From positions 1 through 37,326 of the forward strand of contig CAZPWD010000001.1 of assembly GCA_964590025.1 (NCBI GenBank): DNA of 37,326 bases, written 5' to 3'. This DNA comes from an uncultured Nitrospira sp. (GTDB lineage Bacteria; Nitrospirota; Nitrospiria; Nitrospirales; Nitrospiraceae). The position numbers and the translations under genes were made by a program. Positions 17,313 to 27,054 of this stretch are shown here, one piece after another. The notes under the pieces were generated by a model, which worked only from the letters and a program-made list of their open reading frames with translations, was not told the origin of the DNA and ran no database searches. Position 1 is the stretch's first letter; every line of letters starts with the position of its first letter.

Positions 17313-17324
17313 GTGGTCGTCCTA

Positions 17325-17903
17325 TTATTCTTGGCCTACGATGAGCCTCTGTCCTACCTCGATAATGTCGTCCGGCAGTTTGTTCCACTTTCTGACCTTG
17401 TCGACCGCGACGCCATACCGCCGACTGATCCGATAGAGCGTTTCGCCAGGCTTCACGACATGAACAGTGGGCGACCCCATGCTGCCCAGCGACGAACCTG
17501 TTGGCCCGGGCTCAACCGGCAGTGTCTTGTGCGTCGGTGTGAGCGCGCGCTTCATATCGGCTTTGGCTCTGCGTTCCAGCAACGCAGATTCCTTCATGGC
17601 CTCGGCTTCTTCCTGTACGCGGGCCATTTGTTCCTGCGTGGCTTGCAGCTGCGCCGTGAGTTCCCGATTCCTGGCTTCATACTCCATCAATTCATTTTTG
17701 CTCCGCTTCACTTCATTATCGAGCTCGCCAGTTCGCTTCTCTTCCTGGGCCAGAAGGCGTTGGAAATTCAGGCTGCGCGCCTTTTCCGCATCGTATTTCT
17801 CTGTCATGACACATCCGCTCAGCAACAGCCCTCCACAGATAACGGTGACGATTTGATAGATGGATCTTGGCATCAACTTGTTCACGCAATTATCTCCTTT
17901 CAT
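17325..17903 (-). CDS. LysM-domain lipoprotein with a central coiled coil
   Basis: It has a lipobox (LLLSGC), a heptad-rich Q/E/R/K central region and a C-terminal LysM domain (HVVKPGETLYRISRRYGVAVDKVRKWNKL). A strong SD, GAGGAGG, lies 5 nt before the ATG at 17903. Confidence 0.85.
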   Translation of the reverse strand: MKGDNCVNKLMPRSIYQIVTVICGGLLLSGCVMTEKYDAEKARSLNFQRLLAQEEKRTGELDNEVKRSKNELMEYEARNRELTAQLQATQEQMARVQEEAEAMKESALLERRAKADMKRALTPTHKTLPVEPGPTGSSLGSMGSPTVHVVKPGETLYRISRRYGVAVDKVRKWNKLPDDIIEVGQRLIVGQE

Positions 17904-18122
17904 GGATACCTCCTCTGACGGTCATGAGGGAGTTTCCCTCTCGCACCAAGGGGTGGACACTGGCTGCCGATCAATGGAAACTCGACTCAATTAGATTTCT
18001 TACAATAGTGTCTATCGCAGCGAAAGTCAAAGTGAATATGGCGCCTTCGTCGTTTGACCCACTCCCTGGCCCTATGGTACGGTCGGGGCCGTCACTTCCT
18101 CTGTTCGTCACCATCCAGTCCT

Positions 18123-20150
18123 ATGGCCCACGCCGACATCCTTGCCAGACTGATTGCCCTCAGGGACGAAATCAGGCGCCACGACTATCTGTACTACAGC
18201 AAGGATCGCCCAGAGATTTCTGATTCCCAGTACGATCGCCTCTTTCGAGAGTTGGTCGAACTGGAACAGGCCCACCCTGAGTTGGTGACGCCAGATTCTC
18301 CATCGCAACGTGTCGGTGCACCGCCGCTCCTGGAATTGGCCAAGGTTCCCCACGAACAGCCGATGCTCAGTCTGGACTCGATTGTAGATCAGAGCGAGGT
18401 CCAGGCCTTCGATCAACGGATGAAACGCGAACTGGAAACCCTGTCCGTTGAGTACAGCGTGGAACCAAAATTCGATGGGCTATCAGTCGAGCTGATGTAC
18501 GACCATGGGATCTTTACCCGTGGAGCGACCAGAGGTGACGGAACAACCGGAGAGGATGTAACCGTCAATCTTCGAACGATCCGTTCCTTGCCGCTGCTGT
18601 TGCACGCGCAATCCGGCCTCCCTGATCATCTTGCCGTGCGGGGTGAAGTGTATATGCGCCTCGACGATTTCCAAGCCTTGAATCGGCGCATGACGGAACG
18701 GGGCGACGACGCCTTTGCCAATCCACGCAATGCGGCCTCTGGCTCGCTTCGACAACTGGATTCCACGATTACCGCAACCCGTCCGTTGGTCGTGACCTGC
18801 TACGAAATCATGGCGTTATCCAGGCCCGTCCCACCAACACATTGGGATGAACTGGAGACGTTGGCCCAGTGGGGTCTCCCGGCGCCTGTGCTTCGGCGAC
18901 TCTGTGCTTCGATCGATGAGGTGATGGCGTTTCATCGCAAAACGGAATCGATGCGGGATCAGTTGCCCTATGAAATTGATGGCGTGGTGGTGAAGGTGAA
19001 TCGCCGAGACTGGCAGGACCGACTCGGCATGAAGTCCCGCAGTCCCCGCTGGGCCATCGCCTATAAATTTAGGCCGCGCAAGGAAATCACCATCGTGCAG
19101 GATATCGTCGTCTCTGTCGGAAGAACCGGGACCCTCACGCCCGTCGCGTTATTGAAACCGGTGGAGGTCGGTGGCGTCACCATCAGCCGAGCCACGCTGC
19201 ACAATGCCGATGAAGTGGCCCGGAAAGACATTCGGATCGGCGATACCGTCAAGGTAGAACGGGCCGGCGATGTGATTCCCGCGATTGCCGAGCGTGTCCC
19301 GGTCCATGGTGAGCAACGCAGCTCCCCCTTTTACATGCCTAATCAATGCCCGGTCTGTGGATCGAGTGTCGGTCGCGAAGGCGCCTATTACTACTGTACC
19401 GGTCAATTGGTCTGTGGCGCTCAATTAAAGGGGGCCATCGAACATTTTGCTTCCAAGCAGGCACTCAACATCGAAGGCTTAGGGAAGAAGACCGTGGCGC
19501 AGCTGGTCGACGAAAGATTGGTACGATCACTCGCCGACCTCTATCGCCTGACCAAAGCTGATCTCGTTGCACTTGAAGGATTCGCCGATCGGTCCGCCAC
19601 ACTCCTCTTGGAGTCGATTGCAGGCAGTAAAACCGTTTCCCTGGATCGTTTTCTGATGGGACTCGGTATCCGGCAAGTCGGACAACATATCGCTAAAGTC
19701 CTGGCCCGTGAGTTTGGGTCTCTCGATGAGATCATGTCGGCGGATCGGGTACGGTTTCAACAGATTCGTGAGATTGGTCCTGAAATTTCCGAGAGCTTGG
19801 TGCTCTATTGGTCTGAGCCGCACAACCGGGAGGTCATCGCACAGCTCCAGGAATCCGGCGTACAGGTTGCACCGGGCATGGCAACAGGCGACCGGAGGAA
19901 ATCCCCGCTTGCAGGGAAGACGTTCGTGTTTACCGGTGGGCTGGATCACTTCACGCGAGATGGCGCGCAACAGGCTGTGGAAGCGGCAGGAGCGCGTGTG
20001 TCCTCAAGCGTGAGTAAAAAGACGTCCTATCTGGTGGTGGGACAAGACCCTGGCTCCAAACTGGACCAAGCCCGGACGCTGGGGGTGACGATACTGACGG
20101 AACAGGAGTTTGCCGCCCTGATCGGGGAAGACGAAAAAGGACTTAACTGA
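18123..20150 (+). CDS. ligA: NAD-dependent DNA ligase
   Basis: It carries the adenylation motif EPKFDG, a Cys4 zinc finger (CPVCGS...CTGQLVC), HhH repeats and a C-terminal BRCT domain (GKTFVFTG). I trimmed the start to the ATG at 18123. Confidence 0.95.
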   Translation: MAHADILARLIALRDEIRRHDYLYYSKDRPEISDSQYDRLFRELVELEQAHPELVTPDSPSQRVGAPPLLELAKVPHEQPMLSLDSIVDQSEVQAFDQRMKRELETLSVEYSVEPKFDGLSVELMYDHGIFTRGATRGDGTTGEDVTVNLRTIRSLPLLLHAQSGLPDHLAVRGEVYMRLDDFQALNRRMTERGDDAFANPRNAASGSLRQLDSTITATRPLVVTCYEIMALSRPVPPTHWDELETLAQWGLPAPVLRRLCASIDEVMAFHRKTESMRDQLPYEIDGVVVKVNRRDWQDRLGMKSRSPRWAIAYKFRPRKEITIVQDIVVSVGRTGTLTPVALLKPVEVGGVTISRATLHNADEVARKDIRIGDTVKVERAGDVIPAIAERVPVHGEQRSSPFYMPNQCPVCGSSVGREGAYYYCTGQLVCGAQLKGAIEHFASKQALNIEGLGKKTVAQLVDERLVRSLADLYRLTKADLVALEGFADRSATLLLESIAGSKTVSLDRFLMGLGIRQVGQHIAKVLAREFGSLDEIMSADRVRFQQIREIGPEISESLVLYWSEPHNREVIAQLQESGVQVAPGMATGDRRKSPLAGKTFVFTGGLDHFTRDGAQQAVEAAGARVSSSVSKKTSYLVVGQDPGSKLDQARTLGVTILTEQEFAALIGEDEKGLN

Positions 20151-21423
20151 CAAGATCGAGGTTCGGGGCTTCGACGTGAGCCGGTGATTTTTCTTCACGA
20201 AAGATTTGGACACTGCGGATGGACCGAGGCTCGGCTTCATGGATGAGGATCCGGCAGTTGGCGATCCGCACTTCTTCTCCAACCTTGGGAATTCGACCAA
20301 GCTCCTGTTGAATGAGGCCGGCGATCGTCACTGCTTCATTGCCGAGATCGACTTTCAGGAAATCGTTGACCTTGCGCACTTCAGTTCTTCCGTGAACAAG
20401 GATATGGTTCTTCCCTAAGCGTTTGATCAGTTCTTCCGTGATATCGGTTTCGTCCATGATCTCCCCGACCACTTCTTCGAGAAGATCTTCGAGCGTGACA
20501 ATCCCCATCACGCCACCGAATTCGTTGACCACGGCGGCCATATGCCGTTTCTCCTGCTGAAACTGCTTCATGAGGTCGTCCGCCGTCTTGCCGGCGGGAA
20601 CGAACAGCGGGGGATAGGCAATGTCTTTGAGTTTCGCCTCATTCTGCCCCTTGGCGAGTTCGGTCAATGCTCTCGTCTTGTAGAGAATGCCCGTGATGTT
20701 ATCGAGCGTCCCGTCATACACGGGGATCCGCGAGTATTTCGAATTGTAGAGGAGTTCCTGAGCCTCTTTCAGGCACAGGTTACCATCCAATGAAAAGACA
20801 TAGAGTCGAGGGGTCATCGCGTCTTCAGCTGTGATATCTTTGAGCTGGAAGACGTTCTTGATCATTTTCACCTGCTCGAACTCAATCGTCCCGGTTTTCC
20901 CCCCCTCATCCAGCATGATCTTCAGCTCTTCCTCGGTCACGAGGGGAAGCGTCAGACCTTTCCCTCCGGTCAGTTTGTAGATCAACGGCACTATCACAAA
21001 CAATAATGGTTTGAGAAGTAGCTGAACCCCGTAGACGGGGTAGGCCATGTTCAGAGTGACCGGAACCGCAAACTTGGCGGCTAACGTTTTAGGGATCACA
21101 TCGACAGCCACCAAGAGGACAAAGGTCAGCAGGCCGACCATGACCGCAATCGCCTCGTCAAAAAATGTTTGGCCTCCATAGATACTCAGGGTCAGAAAGG
21201 TGGCATACATCGGCGTCGCCACGCCGACCAGACGGTCGCCGACCAAAATGGTCGAGAGGAGCTTTTGGGGGTCACTACGGAGATGGAGGGCCAACTTCGC
21301 TCGACTATTCCCAGTTTGGGCGAGCGCCCTCAGCTTCGTTGAGTTGACCGCAAAGAAACCGATTTCGGCCGTGGATATCACAGCTGAAAGAACAATAAGA
21401 CCTAAGAGGATTAGAACATCCAT
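20143..21423 (-). CDS. HlyC/CorC family transporter (DUF21-CBS-CBS-CorC_HlyC)
   Basis: It has the N-terminal 4-TM DUF21 domain (STAEIGFFAV), a tandem CBS pair and the C-terminal CorC/HlyC transporter-associated domain. Confidence 0.88.
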   Translation of the reverse strand: MDVLILLGLIVLSAVISTAEIGFFAVNSTKLRALAQTGNSRAKLALHLRSDPQKLLSTILVGDRLVGVATPMYATFLTLSIYGGQTFFDEAIAVMVGLLTFVLLVAVDVIPKTLAAKFAVPVTLNMAYPVYGVQLLLKPLLFVIVPLIYKLTGGKGLTLPLVTEEELKIMLDEGGKTGTIEFEQVKMIKNVFQLKDITAEDAMTPRLYVFSLDGNLCLKEAQELLYNSKYSRIPVYDGTLDNITGILYKTRALTELAKGQNEAKLKDIAYPPLFVPAGKTADDLMKQFQQEKRHMAAVVNEFGGVMGIVTLEDLLEEVVGEIMDETDITEELIKRLGKNHILVHGRTEVRKVNDFLKVDLGNEAVTIAGLIQQELGRIPKVGEEVRIANCRILIHEAEPRSIRSVQIFREEKSPAHVEAPNLDLVS

Positions 21424-21707
21424 GGATAGTAATGTATTAGAAGCGGCCCACTATGCCGGTCGGCCTGGGATACGAGAGAGTCCAGGGGCTGTCCCCTATC
21501 GCCTTCAACCGGCAATGTGAGATTTGGTAGAATAAAAGATCTTGATAGGGGCCTAACTGACCTGTATCCATTGGACTGTATATGTACCATAGGGCGGAGT
21601 GGCGAGCAAGCGAATGCTGTAAACACGCCACAATATCAAACAGTTGCATTGCATATCCGCAGAAAAACTGAAGAATTGGGAAGGCTGGCTGGATGAAGCT
21701 GGCATTA

Positions 21708-22385
21708 TTATGAGTCGTCTCGAAATACATAGGCCTGGAGCCCAAGGGACGATTCGAGGTGGGAGGCGGCAGCTTCTGCCTGGGCTTCCCTGGAAAACTG
21801 ACCAATCTGAACTCGATATCGCTTTCCTTCTGGCAGATCGATAACCTGGACTCTGCCGCCTGAGTAGAGATGTTTCGCACGCTCCAAGAGGTTGAGTGCA
21901 TTCTGCTGATCGGAAAAGGACCCGACTTGCACTCGTAAGACCCCCATATCAGCAGTCCGCCCTTGATACCCAACCACTCGTAATTCAATCTGGTCGGTTC
22001 CAGCCCCGGTCATCCCCAGCGCATGCGCCCCGGCGAGTGAGAGATCGAGCACCCGCCCCCTCGCAAAGGGACCACGATCGTTAATGCGGACGGTCACCTG
22101 TCGGCCAGTACTCATTGATCGAACCACAGCAATTGAACCGAGTGGCAAGGTCCGATGAGCAGCCGTCAGCTGATGCATGTCATACCGTTCACCATTTGCC
22201 GTCTTGTTCCCATGAAATCCGGGGCCATACCATGAGGCCTCACCACGCTCGACAAACCCAATAGGGTAGCCTGGGGAATAGGTAGGTTTGGGGGCGCCGC
22301 CACAAGCAGCCAGGATCGCGACAAGGATGGGGGCGAAAAGAAGGAGCAGACTGCGGGACCAGCAGGATTGAGGTCCGCTAGACAT
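21708..22385 (-). CDS. rlpA: septal ring lytic transglycosylase RlpA family lipoprotein
   Basis: It has a lipobox (ILAAC), a DPBB domain (GEASWYGPGFHGNKTANGERYD...RINDRGPF) and a C-terminal SPOR-like domain. Confidence 0.9.
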   Translation of the reverse strand: MSSGPQSCWSRSLLLLFAPILVAILAACGGAPKPTYSPGYPIGFVERGEASWYGPGFHGNKTANGERYDMHQLTAAHRTLPLGSIAVVRSMSTGRQVTVRINDRGPFARGRVLDLSLAGAHALGMTGAGTDQIELRVVGYQGRTADMGVLRVQVGSFSDQQNALNLLERAKHLYSGGRVQVIDLPEGKRYRVQIGQFSREAQAEAAASHLESSLGLQAYVFRDDS

Positions 22386-22387
22386 GC

Positions 22388-22798
22388 CTAGAACTCGTCG
22401 AGCGATTGATCCCTAAGGATGGTGAGCGCTTTAGCTGTGTTTGAGACTGTCAGGACCACGATCGCACGTTTCCCCTCGCGGGATGGGGTGCAATAGCCGC
22501 ATTTAATATTGATGCGAGCCTTGGTCAGCAGATCCGCCACTTCTTTTAAAGCCCCTGGCTTGTTTTCGAGGCTCAACAGCAACGCGGTTTCCTCCGTAAA
22601 CTTGATCTTTGCTAGTTTCAGTGCCGCACGGGCCCCTTCCAGATCCGCGACCAACAGCCTCAGCTTTCCCGTTCCGGTGACTTCTGGAGCAGAAAAAGCC
22701 TTGATGTTGACATTCGCCTCACCGAGGACCTGGGCCACTTGAGCCATGACGCCGGGCCTGCTCAATCCACTAATGACCAATTGTGTCGTTGTGGGCAT
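22388..22798 (-). CDS. ACT domain-containing protein (two small ACT repeats)
   Basis: The product shows two beta-alpha-beta-beta-alpha-beta ACT-like repeats (VISGLSRPGVMAQV..., LSLENKPGALKEVA...). The ATG at 22798 has GGAG 7 nt upstream. The stop lies 2 nt before the rlpA start. Confidence 0.8.
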   Translation of the reverse strand: MPTTTQLVISGLSRPGVMAQVAQVLGEANVNIKAFSAPEVTGTGKLRLLVADLEGARAALKLAKIKFTEETALLLSLENKPGALKEVADLLTKARINIKCGYCTPSREGKRAIVVLTVSNTAKALTILRDQSLDEF

Positions 22799-22871
22799 GG
22801 GAATTACTCCGTGGCGTGGGGGCACATAATGATGACAATCTCCTTATCGAGCAAAAAATTCACCACCCTCC

Positions 22872-22887
22872 TTTCAGCATCCTGCTA
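22872..22887. repeat. solo copy of the MITE right terminal repeat
   Basis: TTTCAGCATCCTGCTA is identical over 16 nt to 10448-10463. As there, the terminal CTA is the complement of a minus-strand TAG stop codon. Confidence 0.75.
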
Positions 22888-23292
22888 TAGCACCTGACAT
22901 TGACCGTTCACAAATGTGTACTCGTATATACCGCTAACGGGGATAGAGGCGTCCCCTGCCAGCTTCTGCGCCAACTCCTTGAGGCCACGTGGCACGAACA
23001 GATAGAGTGGGATCCCGCGCACGACCGCCTCCTTCCATGCTGAAACAGTTGCGACATCCCTGATCGAATCATCGGTTTCCACCTCAGCCATCCATTCAAT
23101 CGTATTGCCGGCGGAACTCACCTGCCACCCGACGATATCGCACTGTTGCTGAGGATCAGCCCAGGGGTTTTGCTCAAGACCGGTATGGATCGTGACCTTA
23201 CAATGAAAGGCCTTCGCCCATCGCTGCGCGACCAGACTGACGACCTGATCGTGGACTGTGACAATCCCTTGCTCGCGAAGCACCGTATCCAT
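22885..23292 (-). CDS. hypothetical protein, possibly PD-(D/E)xK nuclease-like fold
   Basis: The ATG at 23292 has GGGAGG 5 nt upstream and lies 13 nt after the nrdJ stop. The 135-aa product shows the pattern helix - strand - CDIVGW - MAEVETD - helix with WK - strand, which is compatible with a D...E-x-E/K restriction-endonuclease-like core. I recognise no family. Confidence 0.6.
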   Translation of the reverse strand: MDTVLREQGIVTVHDQVVSLVAQRWAKAFHCKVTIHTGLEQNPWADPQQQCDIVGWQVSSAGNTIEWMAEVETDDSIRDVATVSAWKEAVVRGIPLYLFVPRGLKELAQKLAGDASIPVSGIYEYTFVNGQCQVL

Positions 23293-23305
23293 TGAGTCCT
23301 CCCTC

Positions 23306-26300
23306 TTACGAACAGCCGCTCGTGGCACCACACGCATCGCACTTGAGACAGGTCCCGTTTCGTACCATGGTGAACTGCTTACACTCGGAGCAGGGATCTC
23401 CCTCATAACCCTTTTGGCGTGCCATTTGGATGGCGGTTAAGGTCAGCGTTTCACGCTTCAGTTCGACGGTATGGGCTACGTTACTATTTCCATTTCCGTG
23501 GCCATTGCCCTTATGACGCGGTATCGCCCCGCGTCGTGCGGGAAACATATCGGTACTGATTGAGGCCGATGCCAGCGTTTCGGGAGTGGCTTCCTCCTCA
23601 ACACATTCAGGATCTTGCTCGTCCATCTTGACGGAGTCCATTCTAAGATCCTCTTCCTGGACTTGTGCCAAGTCATAGCGGTCAAGATAAGTCACGGCAA
23701 GCTCTCGGAATATGTAATCGATGATCGACGTGGACATTTTAATACGGTCGTTCAATTTGACCGGCCCATTCGGCTCGAAGCGGGTAAACACGAACGCTTC
23801 GACGAACTCCTCCAGCGGGACGCCATGTTGGAGGCCCAGTGAAATAGCAATGGCGAAACAGTTCATGAGGCTGCGGAATGCGGCCCCTTCTTTGTGCATA
23901 TCGAGGAAGATTTCGCCGCAAGTACCGTCCTCATACTCACCCGTGCGTAGATAGAGCTTGTGCCCCCCGACGACGGCTTTCTGCGTGTACCCATTGCGTC
24001 TGGCCGGGAGTGATCGGCGCTTTGCGAGGTACCGTACCAACACTCGTTCTGTGATCTTTTCCGCAATCGACAATATTTCAGACGAGGCCTCCACGGTCTT
24101 GCCGCTGTCCGTTGAGGCCGATAGCGGCTGGCTCAACTTCGAGCCGTCGCGATACAGAGCCACGGCCTTGACCATGCTCTTCCAGGCAAACAAATAGGCC
24201 GACTTCACTTCTTCCAGCGTCGCATCGGCCGGCATGTTGATCGTTTTGCTGATGGCGCCGCTGATGAATGGTTGTGCCGCCGCCATCATACGGATGTGCG
24301 CATCGACGGCGATATACCGCTGACCGATCCGGCCACAGCGGTTGGCACAATCGAAGATCGGAAGGTGCTCGGCTTTGAGATGTGGGGCCCCTTCCACCGT
24401 CATGGTGCCGCAGCAATAGTCATTGGCAGCGGCGATTTCTTCTTGTGTAAATCCCAGCGCTTTCAGCATGTTGAAATTGGATTCATTTAATTGCGCGTCG
24501 GTCAATCCCAACTTCTCCCGGCAAAAGTCCTCACCCAACGCATACTTATTAAACGTAAATTGAATCTCAAAGGCCTGGGCCAAACCGACTTCCATTCGTG
24601 CGAGTACGGCGTCGTCGAACCCCTTCTGCCTCAGGGTCTCATGGTTAATGAATGGTGCGGTCTGCAAGGTTTGCCGGCCAACACAATAGTTCACGATGTC
24701 ATGAATCTGAGACTCGGCATACCCCAAGGCTCTGAGTGCAGCGGGTATGCTTTGATTGATGATCTTGAAATAGCCTCCGCCGGCCAGTTTTTTGAATTTG
24801 ACAAGTGCGAAATCCGGTTCGATGCCCGTCGTATCGCAATCCATCACGAGTCCGATCGTGCCCGTAGGAGCAATAACCGTGACCTGCGCATTGCGATATC
24901 CGTAGGCCGTCCCCAATTCGAGGGCACGGTCCCATCCACGGCGTGCAGCCACGAGCAACTCGGGAGGACAATGCTCCGGCTGGATCCCTATCGGTGTAAT
25001 CGTCAAACCTTCATATTCTTCCGGAGCGGCATTGTACGAGGCCCGCCGGTGATTACGGATGACGCGCAACATGGCCTCGCGGTTTTTGGCATAGCTGGGG
25101 AAGGGCCACAGCTCTGCGGCCATTTCAGCCGATGTGCCATAGGCTTCGCCGGTCATGATGGCGGTCAGCGCACCGCTGATGGCCAGTGCTTTGGGAGAAT
25201 CGTATGGAATGCCTTGCCGCATCAGCACAGTGCCTAAGTTGGCATAGCCAAGCCCCAGTGTTCGGAACTCAAAACTCTTCTCGGCAATAGAGCGACTGGG
25301 AAACGAAGCCATGAGTACGCTGATCTCCAGTACGATTGTCCAGAGGCGCACGGCGTGGCGGAAATTCTCCAGCTCGAAGTGGCCGTCGGTCGAGAAGAAC
25401 TGGGCGAGGTTGAGCGAAGCCAAATTGCATGCCGTATCATCGAGGAACATGTATTCGGAGCAAGGATTGGAGGCATTGATTCGGCCATCCTCCGGACAAG
25501 TATGCCATTCGTTGATGGTGGTGTCGTATTGCGTACCGGGATCCGCGCAAATCCAGGCGGCCCAAGCGATCTGATCCCAGAGGTCCCGCGCCTTGATGGT
25601 CTTGGAGACTTTGCCGTCGACCCGTCGCTTGAGTTGCCAATCGCCGTCCGCCTCCAACGTCGCAAAAAAATCGTTGGGAATGCGCACACTGTTGTTTGAG
25701 TTTTGGCCGGACACCGTTTGGTAGGCCTTGCCGTCCCAATTCGTGTCGTACTCATGAAACACAAAATGCGTGAACCCTTGCTGCGCATAGGAATACATCC
25801 GCTGGATGTAGGATTCTGGTACCGCATCCCGCCGAGCGGCGGCCAGGGCTTCCTTGAGGATCGGATTCTGCTTGGCATCGATCTCGATTTTACTCTGACC
25901 GGCACCATTGACGAGGTGGCAGGACTTGAGGACAGCATTGAGGCGCTGTGCGCAGATTTTCGAGCCAGTCACCATGGCAGCGACTTTTTGCTCTTCCACC
26001 ACCTTCCAGTTGATAAATTCTTCGATGTCGGGGTGATCCAAATCGAGACAGACCATTTTGGCGGCCCGTCTGGTCGTCCCTCCCGACTTAATGGCGCCTG
26101 CCGCTCGATCGCCGATGCGAAGGAAGGACATCAATCCGGACGAGCGGCCGCCGCCGGACAACGGTTCGGCATCGCCGCGAAGCTTGGAGAAGTTGGTTCC
26201 GGTCCCCGATCCGTATTTGAACAGGCGCGCTTCTCTCACCCAGAGATCCATGATGCCGCCCTCAATGACCAAGTCGTCTTCAATGGATTGAATGAAGCAA

Positions 26301-26845
26301 GCGTGCGGTTGCGGATGCTCAAATGCGTTGGTGGCTTTGACGACTTCACGGGTCTTGGGATCGACATAAAAATGCCCTTGCGCAGGCCCTGAGAGCCCAT
26401 AGGCAAAATGAAGTCCCGTGTTAAACCACTGGGGAGAATTGGGTGCAGCCATCTGATGCGCGAGCATGTAACAGAGCTCATCATGGAAGGCATCGGTATC
26501 TTCCTGAGTCTTAAAATAGCCGAAGTTCTTTCCCCAGGAAGTCCAACAACCGGCGAGCCGTTCAAACACTTGTCGGGAGTCACGCTCTCCTCCCAACTGC
26601 GGCTTGCCGTCAGGTCCGACGATCGGATTCCCCTCCTCATCTCGCTGCGGCACTCCGGCTTTCCGGAAATATTTTTGGGCGAGAATATCGATCGCGAGCT
26701 GGGACCAAGGCTCGGGAATGTCGATGTTTTCCAACTTAAATACGGTCGATCCGTCGGGATTACGAATTTCCGACGAACGTTTTACGAACGGCAGGTTTTC
26801 ATAGGGACTTTGCCCACGACGTGTAAATCGGCGCTCTATTCTCAC
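23306..26845 (-). CDS. nrdJ: adenosylcobalamin-dependent (class II) ribonucleotide reductase, long form
   Basis: The N-terminus ([14 protein letters not shown]...[21 protein letters not shown]) is typical of long NrdJ proteins. The active site is NPCSEY. The C-terminal Cys-rich tail is CSECKQ...CLKCDACG. The GTG start at 26845 has GGAGGGG 5 nt upstream. The track ORF is over-extended to 26923. Confidence 0.93.
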   Translation of the reverse strand: MRIERRFTRRGQSPYENLPFVKRSSEIRNPDGSTVFKLENIDIPEPWSQLAIDILAQKYFRKAGVPQRDEEGNPIVGPDGKPQLGGERDSRQVFERLAGCWTSWGKNFGYFKTQEDTDAFHDELCYMLAHQMAAPNSPQWFNTGLHFAYGLSGPAQGHFYVDPKTREVVKATNAFEHPQPHACFIQSIEDDLVIEGGIMDLWVREARLFKYGSGTGTNFSKLRGDAEPLSGGGRSSGLMSFLRIGDRAAGAIKSGGTTRRAAKMVCLDLDHPDIEEFINWKVVEEQKVAAMVTGSKICAQRLNAVLKSCHLVNGAGQSKIEIDAKQNPILKEALAAARRDAVPESYIQRMYSYAQQGFTHFVFHEYDTNWDGKAYQTVSGQNSNNSVRIPNDFFATLEADGDWQLKRRVDGKVSKTIKARDLWDQIAWAAWICADPGTQYDTTINEWHTCPEDGRINASNPCSEYMFLDDTACNLASLNLAQFFSTDGHFELENFRHAVRLWTIVLEISVLMASFPSRSIAEKSFEFRTLGLGYANLGTVLMRQGIPYDSPKALAISGALTAIMTGEAYGTSAEMAAELWPFPSYAKNREAMLRVIRNHRRASYNAAPEEYEGLTITPIGIQPEHCPPELLVAARRGWDRALELGTAYGYRNAQVTVIAPTGTIGLVMDCDTTGIEPDFALVKFKKLAGGGYFKIINQSIPAALRALGYAESQIHDIVNYCVGRQTLQTAPFINHETLRQKGFDDAVLARMEVGLAQAFEIQFTFNKYALGEDFCREKLGLTDAQLNESNFNMLKALGFTQEEIAAANDYCCGTMTVEGAPHLKAEHLPIFDCANRCGRIGQRYIAVDAHIRMMAAAQPFISGAISKTINMPADATLEEVKSAYLFAWKSMVKAVALYRDGSKLSQPLSASTDSGKTVEASSEILSIAEKITERVLVRYLAKRRSLPARRNGYTQKAVVGGHKLYLRTGEYEDGTCGEIFLDMHKEGAAFRSLMNCFAIAISLGLQHGVPLEEFVEAFVFTRFEPNGPVKLNDRIKMSTSIIDYIFRELAVTYLDRYDLAQVQEEDLRMDSVKMDEQDPECVEEEATPETLASASISTDMFPARRGAIPRHKGNGHGNGNSNVAHTVELKRETLTLTAIQMARQKGYEGDPCSECKQFTMVRNGTCLKCDACGATSGCS

Positions 26846-27054
26846 GATTTCCCCTCCCCAGTCTGCGAGTTGGTGTGGGACTGCTTTCGATCCCAAACAG
26901 GAACAATCAGGCTTTAATATCAATATGCCAATGTGCTTTGAGCGCCCTAATTTTGGTGCCTCGACGATTGACCCACCCTAGGAGCATCGATTTATAATTA
27001 TCAGGATGGATTGCCAAAATGACGAACTCATTTGTCCATGTATGCTCCACGGAG

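Noticed and set aside
17313-17324. A Trp leader peptide, attenuator or T-box upstream of trpE.
   Set aside because: Only 12 nt separate the preceding stop codon from the trpE start. There is no tandem-Trp mini-ORF and no terminator/antiterminator.
21437-21988. A 183-aa minus-strand ORF spanning the rlpA 3' end and the AT-richer 21424-21707 spacer.
   Set aside because: It overlaps the well-supported rlpA gene in another frame and has no recognisable domain. I also looked in the 284-nt spacer for an sRNA, terminator or promoter and found only a weak 5-bp hairpin (AGGGG-CTGT-CCCCT) and no convincing -35/-10 pair.
24491-26392. Long plus-strand ORFs (24491-25237, 248 aa; 25703-26392, 229 aa) antisense to nrdJ. 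Similar long antisense ORFs lie in lnt (2635-3318), prfB (4237-4800), lolC (6744-7454), trpE (16563-17171) and the LysM gene (17277-17918).
   Set aside because: They lie entirely inside genes with strong family signatures on the other strand. Their composition is Arg/Gly/Pro-rich and low in complexity, and they lack ribosome-binding sites. These are typical shadow ORFs in GC-rich DNA.
23306-26845. A possible intein or mobile insertion explaining the large size (1179 aa) of NrdJ.
   Set aside because: I saw no intein block signatures, meaning no C-terminal HN followed by Cys/Ser/Thr and no LAGLIDADG-type motifs. Long monomeric NrdJ proteins of about 1200 aa with this N-terminus are a known form.
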